Shown here: piece by piece, positions 56,575-64,000 of the stretch
How the letters are laid out: each line of letters opens with the position of its first letter
Numbering within the stretch: position 1 is the stretch's first letter
Origin: a virus
Strand: one strand, 5' to 3'
DNA length: 64,000 bases
IMG/VR virus record: IMGVR_UViG_3300028840_004626
Coordinates: 1 to 64,000 of that record
Translations under genes and position numbers: made by a program
Notes under the pieces: model-generated
What the model was told of the DNA's origin: nothing
The model's database searches: none
What the model saw: the letters and a program-made list of their open reading frames with translations, nothing else

Positions 56575-58631
56575 TGGCAAGTAATTATCTGGATAAATTT
56601 CGCAGCACACTGCCCGTTACACAGGGCAACCAATTGCTCAAGCGCCTTCTGGCCAAGAGAGACTCGGGCGAGATACGTACTGTCGACGAGTTTAAGGCTC
56701 GCTTGCGAGAATTGACTGCTGAGCTTCTCGAAAAGAGAATTAAGCCTACTTTTAAGTTATTCGAGGCAGTAGCAGGAGAAGACATTAGCTCCGAGCAATA
56801 CAACGAGATGCTTGAGCGCATTCACGATGATCTTGAGGCCGCATTTTCTGAAGCTGACAATATTGATGAAATTGTCTCAGCACATCGCAACCTTATTGAT
56901 GATGTGGCATTGAAAGCAATTGAATTTGGGGTCAACGAACTAGAATCTAGAATTAATCTTTACGAATTTCTCAATCGCAGCGGAGATGGATTTGACAGCG
57001 CCCTTTTCAACACCTTTAGGGAATCTGAAACATTTGCTTTATCCCGGTCTTCTGATGATGCCACTCTAGTCTATATTGATCCTCGTGCTACCGAAAGCAT
57101 TGGTCCAACCGAAGAGGCGTTAATTGATCTGGTGGGAGAACGATTGACCATGGGAACCTCTTCAGCTGCTTATGTATCTGTGCGAGAAGCCGAGTGGCTT
57201 TTCAATCGCAACAGTGTTCAGAGTGAGCTGGATGTGAGGTTTGATGGGTCCGACGTTAATAATATTATTGATGGTACAAGCAACACATACTGGGTTGTAC
57301 CAGTATTAAGTAGCACCATTCGTACGGGGGGTATGCCCATGGAGGTTGCCCTCAAGACTAATGCGTCTCAGGATATCAACTTTATTGATATTGAGCCTGC
57401 CACTGAATTTCCTATGTATCTGGCACAGATTGATTATTTAGATAGCAATTATACGAGACAAACAGTTAGTAGTGACCTGATAACCTTGTCTGGGCCCACG
57501 CGAGTTAACTTTGAGCGCATTACCACTAAAACACTTATCTTGCGTTTTCGACAAGATAACTATAAAGAGGTACAGTTTAAACCAAAGCTTGGCACTTCTA
57601 ATTTCCATCGGGCAGTTTTGAGCAAAAACAATTTCACGGTGGATATGGAATCGGTAAGTGACGATTTGTACGAGATGTTATCGTCTGATTTCATGCTGAG
57701 CGACATCATGAATGTGCCCACCAACACCAATACGGTACAGAAGTATTTTGAATACGTATTGGGATTTGATAACATTCGACCAGGATTTAATAGGTATAAC
57801 AATAGGGCGATCTTCGTGAGCGTCAAAAAAGAAGTAGATTATCCTGGACAGTTTGGACTGCGTGTAGACGAGCAGAGGCCCGTACAAGTCGGAGGGTCAA
57901 CCTCCGTTACTATCGCAGATCATTCTTATCCATCCCGTTCGACAGACGAAGACAATCGTTTTTACCATAGCGTGCCAGAGTATTGGTTGACTCTTAAATT
58001 TTATAGTGATGATGATTATCTTATTGCCACTGATACTGTCCCTATCCTCCCCATTGGGGCTAAACGGATATATCACGAGCAACTAATCTTTACACATAAA
58101 AGCGCACCAACCGAACTCAATCCAAATCAGGGTTCGTTACGTTTTTATTGTGACGAAGATTCATCGGATGTAAGGGTTTATCGAAATAACACACTTCTAA
58201 CTTATGGCGACACTGAGCAGTGGAGATTTGTTCCTGCTACAGGAGCAGATGCTAACAGTGATCTGACACTGGAAGTTGCTGCAGGTGGTAGCAGAATGAA
58301 GAGAGGCATTTGGATTGTGGGCGGTGTACGCCCACTGGATATTTATACTGTGAGCTATACCCCTAAAACATCTAATACGCGGATATTGCCCGCCGACAGT
58401 ACATTATTTGATCTTGTAGATCTTGTTGGGGATCAGTCTATTCGGATGATTAGAGACAACTTAATCACGGTTGACGGTGTTCGCAAATCGCAGGCAGTGG
58501 CTAGGGCAGATGTTTATTTAAGTATTCTAATGAGACTTAACTCGGCCAATGATAACTTTTCTACTATCATTGAGGAATATATGTTATTGACTGGATCGCG
58601 AAATCTAGAAAAGTTTGTGAGTGATGTCTAA
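56574..58631 (+). CDS. Tail/baseplate structural protein, family member 1 (coiled coil + discoidin-like)
   Basis: SSEQYNEMLERIHDDL; NNIIDGTSNTYW; related to the two following genes. Confidence 0.65.
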   Translation: MASNYLDKFRSTLPVTQGNQLLKRLLAKRDSGEIRTVDEFKARLRELTAELLEKRIKPTFKLFEAVAGEDISSEQYNEMLERIHDDLEAAFSEADNIDEIVSAHRNLIDDVALKAIEFGVNELESRINLYEFLNRSGDGFDSALFNTFRESETFALSRSSDDATLVYIDPRATESIGPTEEALIDLVGERLTMGTSSAAYVSVREAEWLFNRNSVQSELDVRFDGSDVNNIIDGTSNTYWVVPVLSSTIRTGGMPMEVALKTNASQDINFIDIEPATEFPMYLAQIDYLDSNYTRQTVSSDLITLSGPTRVNFERITTKTLILRFRQDNYKEVQFKPKLGTSNFHRAVLSKNNFTVDMESVSDDLYEMLSSDFMLSDIMNVPTNTNTVQKYFEYVLGFDNIRPGFNRYNNRAIFVSVKKEVDYPGQFGLRVDEQRPVQVGGSTSVTIADHSYPSRSTDEDNRFYHSVPEYWLTLKFYSDDDYLIATDTVPILPIGAKRIYHEQLIFTHKSAPTELNPNQGSLRFYCDEDSSDVRVYRNNTLLTYGDTEQWRFVPATGADANSDLTLEVAAGGSRMKRGIWIVGGVRPLDIYTVSYTPKTSNTRILPADSTLFDLVDLVGDQSIRMIRDNLITVDGVRKSQAVARADVYLSILMRLNSANDNFSTIIEEYMLLTGSRNLEKFVSDV

Positions 58632-61600
58632 TGAATAAGGAACGCACTGAAGTTAAAAGCCGTATGTTGCGCAATAAGTTGGGCACTTTAGCGACTCGAC
58701 TGCAACAGGCTGCTGATCCTAAGGGCGCAAATCCAGACTATCAAACGCTTGAAAAAATTATTGCTCAATCCGTAAAGATTTTGAGTGATTTTTATAAGAG
58801 ACTGTCTGAGCCAATTCATAAGCCTAACGAGATTAAGGCTGATACTTTACCTGATCCAGATGACTATAATGACAATTTTCAGGCTATCGCCGATGACCTT
58901 GAAGTCGTTTTCGCAGAGTTTGAGAACCTAGAGAGTCTTGTATTGGGCAACTTTAATTATATTGTATCGCGGCTCAATCGATTGAATCGCAAGCTGAAAT
59001 CTACTTACTCTTCGCTTGGTGACTTTATTCTATATGCCGATTTGCCGCTCAAAGACGCATTCTATTTTCAGGACTCATTTACCAATCTGGCGCGAGTGGA
59101 AACCAACTCTCCACTGCTCAATGGAGAGCAATGCGAGATTAACCAGGTTGAAGGTATCGCAACGCTACCAGTTGATAGGGAGTCACAAGAAGTTATTTCT
59201 GTAACAGAACTGCCTGTTATCAATTCTAACAGCAATGGCGTGAATGGTAACAACCAAGAGGCGGGTGCAGCTACAAACTCGGATATTTCAACCATTACCG
59301 ATAATAATGCGGATACCTGGTTTGAATACGAACGGGTTGTCGCTGTAGATGATGGAGTAACTCTTGTACTGGATTTCACCATCAATCTGGGTGATATAAA
59401 GGTGATTAATTTTGTCCGCATTAATCCCAATAATTTTGGTACAAAAACCCAGGTTAAAATTGTCAATATTGATACGTCGTCAAATGGTAATGACTTCATA
59501 AGCATTAAAGACGACATTCCCATTGCTGACTTTGTAGTGGAAGACGAAGAGAATGTTTTTACGTTGGCCCCTAGCACATCTAAGTACGCAGGACAGGGAC
59601 TATATACTTTTACTGCGCGCGAAGCTAAATATATTCGTTTTACCTTAGAACAGCAGACCCCTTATACCATCGTTACTTCGGCTGGTTTAACGAAGTCTAG
59701 GTACGCTATTGGTATTCGAGATGTCGAGGTTGCTGCTTTGCCATACAAAACCAAGGCTGAATTGATTTCTACAGAATATCTCGCATATGATGATATCCGG
59801 AAAGTAGCGCTGCTAAGCAATCAGAATCCTGATGCGGCCACCACATCTGCACTAGTATCTATTGACCATTATGTGTCTCCAGACAATGGTATTACTTGGC
59901 ATCAGATCCGACCACTTGTGTCTGGGGGACTAATAGCGGTAGATCAGACTGTGCCCGAGGTGTTAGATTTTAATGGGGTGGGAGAGAATTCTATCGAGAC
60001 TACTAATCCGGTTTATACCTTGCGCTACAAAGCTGTCATGGAGAGGTATACTGAAGCCTTTGTAGATGATGCCTCTGAATTGGCCCAGCGGATTCAGGAC
60101 GGCACAGAACTTCACTCGGTGCCTGGCTCCACTCCATTTGAACTTACACTACAGCAACGTCCCATTACTGGCACAATTAAATTGATTGATCCTAATATGG
60201 GAAGTCGTGGCAAGGATGATATTCGCTATAAGATTGCAAAAGGAACAGGTTCGCAGCTTCGCATTGTGCTATCTGCATTTAAGCCGTTAGTCAAAGATAA
60301 GTCTAAGGTGTTATCTGGCGGCAAGTATTATATTCAAGAGAGTGACCCTCAAACCATTTATATCAATGGTATTGCGTGGAGTCGCGGAGCTTTATCGGGT
60401 GCTAGCACCAAAAACTACAAACTTAATTTTGAAGAGGGAACCCTTGAGTTTGGCGATGGAACTAATGGCAAGGCGGTACCCAATGATTCATTGATCGAAA
60501 TGTCTTTATCAGAGGAGAGGGTTTTTCCTGGACGTGGCGAGGGGCATTATGCGACCCTGCAATATCCTACGGCAAGAGACCAGAAGCGCGTTGCCTTGCG
60601 TGTACGCCATCCAGAAAAAACAGTTACCAAAGTTCTCAATAAGGGTGCAACCCGCAACCTGCTTGATGCAGACATTGTTTCTGGTAGCGCCCTACGTTTT
60701 AGCTCTAGTGCTGCTGCCACTAGTTTTGTGACCGAGATTGATTTTGATAATTGGGATGAAGATAGCCAGTCAGATGGGGACTGGTCTGTAGATAGGACCA
60801 ATGGGGTGCTTTACAATAAGTTGCGCACAAGCGAACAGGAGGATATGACTGTCACATATACCTATTATCCCTCTACCGTGCTAACAGAGAACCAGTGGTC
60901 GTTTGCAGAGGGGACCGAGGGAAGCAATGTCATTTCGATATCTGCGGATGCTTTCCAGACCTTTACAGCATCCACTATGGATGTTCCAAAAAATGCGAAG
61001 TACTTTAATCTTGCGCATATGGCTATTGTTAAAGGAACGATTGAGTTTAAGAATTCTATTACAGGCAATGTTCCAGCGACCCTGTCTCAGGAGGTCGAGT
61101 TTGTTGATGGTCGAACAGAATTGCTAGGGGCCATCTCGACAACCGAAGAACTGTCCCCCATTACATCAGTGGGGTTTCATAGCATTCCTTTTCGCATGAA
61201 GGTAATCGATAATACTAGTTATGCGGTCACTTTTTCCAATACGACTATTTTCTCACAAGAGGTTGTGGGAGAACCTTCATCTCCTGGCGAATATCGTGTG
61301 CGCCGTGATTATGGGCTCAAGGGTTCTGTGGAAGTATATGTGGGACAAACCTATGAGGATCCGGGAGAAATTAACTATTACTATCGAGACTACCAAATCA
61401 ATCGGGCTGGGCGATATTCAGTCAACTACGAAACTGGAGAGGTTTATTGCGTTGAACGTCCTGGCATTAATGTTACAGTGGATTATGAGTACACCGACTA
61501 TCGCGTCAAGTATGATATAGCGCGCCTGGTGAATGCTGATGACTGGGATCATGACAATGATACCAACAAGATTACGATTAAAGATCGGGAAATCATGAAG

Positions 61601-61771
61601 AATTTAGCTGTGCGGCAGACTGGTGCCGAGGGGGCAGCTAAGAGATATTATCAGGTTTCTTACCAGTATATCGAGGAGCCGAGAGATAATGTAACTAATC
61701 TGGAGCCATATTTTACTCCGGTTCTCAAGGACTATGCACTCAAGGTTGTGACTAAGAGCAGGTTAATTTAA
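58631..61771 (+). CDS. Tail/baseplate structural protein, family member 2
   Basis: DPDDYNDNFQAIADDL; TITDNNADTWF; LEFGDGTNGKAVP wedge motif; C-terminal TPVLKDYAL. Confidence 0.65.
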   Translation: MNKERTEVKSRMLRNKLGTLATRLQQAADPKGANPDYQTLEKIIAQSVKILSDFYKRLSEPIHKPNEIKADTLPDPDDYNDNFQAIADDLEVVFAEFENLESLVLGNFNYIVSRLNRLNRKLKSTYSSLGDFILYADLPLKDAFYFQDSFTNLARVETNSPLLNGEQCEINQVEGIATLPVDRESQEVISVTELPVINSNSNGVNGNNQEAGAATNSDISTITDNNADTWFEYERVVAVDDGVTLVLDFTINLGDIKVINFVRINPNNFGTKTQVKIVNIDTSSNGNDFISIKDDIPIADFVVEDEENVFTLAPSTSKYAGQGLYTFTAREAKYIRFTLEQQTPYTIVTSAGLTKSRYAIGIRDVEVAALPYKTKAELISTEYLAYDDIRKVALLSNQNPDAATTSALVSIDHYVSPDNGITWHQIRPLVSGGLIAVDQTVPEVLDFNGVGENSIETTNPVYTLRYKAVMERYTEAFVDDASELAQRIQDGTELHSVPGSTPFELTLQQRPITGTIKLIDPNMGSRGKDDIRYKIAKGTGSQLRIVLSAFKPLVKDKSKVLSGGKYYIQESDPQTIYINGIAWSRGALSGASTKNYKLNFEEGTLEFGDGTNGKAVPNDSLIEMSLSEERVFPGRGEGHYATLQYPTARDQKRVALRVRHPEKTVTKVLNKGATRNLLDADIVSGSALRFSSSAAATSFVTEIDFDNWDEDSQSDGDWSVDRTNGVLYNKLRTSEQEDMTVTYTYYPSTVLTENQWSFAEGTEGSNVISISADAFQTFTASTMDVPKNAKYFNLAHMAIVKGTIEFKNSITGNVPATLSQEVEFVDGRTELLGAISTTEELSPITSVGFHSIPFRMKVIDNTSYAVTFSNTTIFSQEVVGEPSSPGEYRVRRDYGLKGSVEVYVGQTYEDPGEINYYYRDYQINRAGRYSVNYETGEVYCVERPGINVTVDYEYTDYRVKYDIARLVNADDWDHDNDTNKITIKDREIMKNLAVRQTGAEGAAKRYYQVSYQYIEEPRDNVTNLEPYFTPVLKDYALKVVTKSRLI

Positions 61772-63963
61772 TGTCGATTTATAATACCTACGCAGAAATT
61801 ATTACTGAAGATATTATCCGGCAGCTACTGGAAGACGGCACTGCGCCCTCTGTAGGCGAAATAGCCGACCAGCTCGACACCTTTCTGGAAGATAATGATA
61901 TTTCTCAGCCCCTATTTAACAATAATAGCTACAATGTGGCCTGGAATGAAAATGCTAGTGCTCTAAAGTGGAACAATTGCAATGAAGCTATCAATAAAGA
62001 TATAAGAGTGTTGTATAAACATCTCATTAGCACCACTGATCAAAGCATCCAGGACTTTGATAGATGGCGTATTGGTGCCCGGCTATTAGAGGGTCGCCTC
62101 GATGATCTCCAGGAACGCCTGACGTCATTGCTATTGATTGCCCAGGACACTGCTGGGTACTTTAACTTTATGCAGGACAACTTTGTTAATACAAGCAAGG
62201 TGGACCTATCGGCCACTACGGCATATGTCAATATCGATAAGGGCATTGTAACCCTGGGTACTTCTAGTACTGGAGCTACACGTATTGACACCTCTGATAT
62301 TCCAGCAGAAGATATTGAATTTACAGTTTTGAGTCGCAATGAGCGGATCACGGAGGTTCCAGCCAAACAATCCAATATCGAGAATGTTCTAAGCGATGTT
62401 ACCAATTTCTGGCAGACCACCGTGTTTGCCCGCAGACCCCAGGCCGTTACTGCTGAGCTTAAAATCAATCTTCCTAGTGCACAAAGTCTATCGCGCATTG
62501 ACATAGATTTGCATCAATCAAATCAAAATAGCTCAATGCAGATTACGCCAATGTTGTCTACCGATAATTACAATTTTTCGCAGCTGGCCACCAATACCTT
62601 TACCCGGTCAGTTATGGATAAAACTACATTTTATTTCACTCCAACCTCAGCACAGTATGTCAAGCTGATCTTGACTAAGACGGGCTACGATACCTTCGAG
62701 GATAGCCAGTATGGATATGAGTTTGGTTTCGATGAAATTGCGTTATATAATGAGGGGTTTGCTGCCAATACTGACTCTCAGGTTGTATCTGAAGCACTGT
62801 CTGTTACGGGCAATGATGGACAGCCAGAGGAATTTAGTAAGCTTGTTTTAGAGGTGTGCGAGGATGTGCCCGAGGACACCACTATTGATTACTCTGTGGC
62901 TGTTTTCAACAGCGCTACAACCGCAGTGAGCGATCTAACTTTTGTGCCAATCGATCCGCTAGACCGTTCGCAGACCAGCAAGCCAACCGTGTTGGACTTT
63001 GGCGACATTTCATCTGTAACCGTGTCTGGTATTCAGCTATCGTACAATACGACAGCGACCAGTGGTGTATTTTCCAATCCGGCACAAGATTATATCTATG
63101 TTCCATCTGTACAAGGAACCACTATTGCGACATCTAGCGGAACTGCTTCTGCGGTAAGATATACTTTCTCTGCCAGTAATGAACGTATTCTAGATCACAC
63201 ATTATCTTCGGGGATTAATATTGCCCAGGGCACCCTCGAGGTCTGGAGAAATGTAAATCGCAAGGGATATGACGATACCAAGGTGAGGGGTTATCAGAAC
63301 GGCTGGGGCTTTGAGGATCCTTATTACAAAACAACGATTTACGCAGAAAACAAGTCTGGCGTGGACATTGATTTCGGGAGCAACCCTGTTATTATTGATG
63401 GAGCTGCTGTTACTGGAAAAGTTAATATTGCAGCTGGTCGCCATACAGTTATGGTGCATAAAGACAACTGGAGGGCCATCAACAGGAGTGCCGTGGTTGG
63501 TAATGGATTATCAGGACTAAAAGACAACGATCCTCTATATCCTTACAACCATCGTTATCTTATTGAAGGATTTGCTTATCCCGGAAACTGGCCCACCGCC
63601 GAAGAAAAAGTTTATCAAGGGTTTGATATTGTTGCAGAATTCTTCATGAGCGAGGTTAGTCCATTTGATATGGCCAATAATGTAGCTTCAGATAACTATA
63701 GTGTTTATGCCATAGATCAGGACGCAGAAGATGCGACAGCCACATTAGTTGGGGTTGTAACCCAGACGGGAAAAGAGCCGTCTAGGGTTTTTGTTATGAA
63801 AGTTAATGAGAATAATTCCGATTTTATTAATGAGGAATTCTTGATAAAATTTAAAGCAGCCAATTCGCTTTCCAAATATGTAAGACTGAAAGCGGTTTTG
63901 AGCACAGAAGATACAGCAGTGGCACCATCATTAGACAGTTATAGAATCAAAATAAGTAGCTAG
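61771..63963 (+). CDS. Tail/baseplate structural protein, family member 3
   Basis: KWNNCNEAINKDI; NVLSDVTNFW; C-terminal VRLKAVL..APSLDSYRI. Confidence 0.65.
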   Translation: MSIYNTYAEIITEDIIRQLLEDGTAPSVGEIADQLDTFLEDNDISQPLFNNNSYNVAWNENASALKWNNCNEAINKDIRVLYKHLISTTDQSIQDFDRWRIGARLLEGRLDDLQERLTSLLLIAQDTAGYFNFMQDNFVNTSKVDLSATTAYVNIDKGIVTLGTSSTGATRIDTSDIPAEDIEFTVLSRNERITEVPAKQSNIENVLSDVTNFWQTTVFARRPQAVTAELKINLPSAQSLSRIDIDLHQSNQNSSMQITPMLSTDNYNFSQLATNTFTRSVMDKTTFYFTPTSAQYVKLILTKTGYDTFEDSQYGYEFGFDEIALYNEGFAANTDSQVVSEALSVTGNDGQPEEFSKLVLEVCEDVPEDTTIDYSVAVFNSATTAVSDLTFVPIDPLDRSQTSKPTVLDFGDISSVTVSGIQLSYNTTATSGVFSNPAQDYIYVPSVQGTTIATSSGTASAVRYTFSASNERILDHTLSSGINIAQGTLEVWRNVNRKGYDDTKVRGYQNGWGFEDPYYKTTIYAENKSGVDIDFGSNPVIIDGAAVTGKVNIAAGRHTVMVHKDNWRAINRSAVVGNGLSGLKDNDPLYPYNHRYLIEGFAYPGNWPTAEEKVYQGFDIVAEFFMSEVSPFDMANNVASDNYSVYAIDQDAEDATATLVGVVTQTGKEPSRVFVMKVNENNSDFINEEFLIKFKAANSLSKYVRLKAVLSTEDTAVAPSLDSYRIKISS

Positions 63964-63977
63964 CGAGGAGGAGCACC

Positions 63978-64000
63978 TTGGCTAATGACAGGCTAAATAA
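63978..64000 (+). CDS. Start of next gene (3'-truncated)
   Basis: GAGGAGGAG RBS followed by TTG GCT AAT GAC..., open to the window end. Confidence 0.5.

Larger units (their letters stand above)
1..64000 (+). mobile_element. Segment of a large myovirus (contractile-tailed dsDNA phage) genome: packaging, head, neck, tail and baseplate module
   Basis: Co-oriented terminase, portal, protease, capsid, sheath, tubes, gp25-like and baseplate J-like genes; no host housekeeping genes; very large structural ORFs. Confidence 0.95.

Noticed and set aside
1-64000. Stop-codon reassignment, as in some jumbo phages
   Set aside because: Genes are full-length under the standard code, and TAA, TAG and TGA all act as stops at gene boundaries
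1-64000. tRNA, rRNA, CRISPR array, integrase or diversity-generating retroelement
   Set aside because: Intergenic gaps are too short and no such patterns, reverse transcriptase or adenine-variable repeat pair were seen by eye; a tRNAscan/Infernal run would be needed to exclude small RNAs fully

Overview
The whole window is one segment of a large (probably jumbo) contractile-tailed dsDNA phage genome. All credible genes lie on the + strand, are tightly packed and use the standard code, many with GGAG(G) Shine-Dalgarno sites. In order it carries: a left-truncated dual-specificity phosphatase; an AT-rich promoter region; a block of small accessory genes; a putative small terminase; a 1093-aa multi-enzyme protein plus three Gly/Ala-rich membrane-type proteins; the large terminase; a portal-MuF fusion; prohead protease/scaffold; a capsid-associated protein; the major capsid protein; neck proteins; the tail sheath; three tail-tube paralogues; two tail chaperones; a tape-measure-position protein; a hub protein with an SLT domain; and a long baseplate/fibre region running off the right edge. 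Three observations stand out. (1) Four tandem small genes (about 2260-3693) have unrelated N-termini but share an ungapped 22-aa C-terminal tag, YxxxQR-x8-GxQ(h)x(h)x(h) (h = hydrophobic), which resembles a beta-clamp-binding motif. One of them also carries a 22-aa stretch 12/22 identical to this phage's own major capsid protein, suggesting a decoy/mimic cassette. (2) A polyvalent protein strings together an HExxE domain, a RimK-like ATP-grasp ligase and a RIO/Bud32-like kinase, separated by a repeated hydrophobic-helix + 'QLRKxxTxFGSG' linker, and sits beside glycine-zipper proteins; this is a candidate injected host-modification system. (3) There is a strong Ser-Gly excess in external virion proteins, a nested scaffold start and a recurring TGn-TAnnnT promoter. 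All calls come from motif reading only; no database searches were run. No tRNA, rRNA, CRISPR array or integrase was seen.
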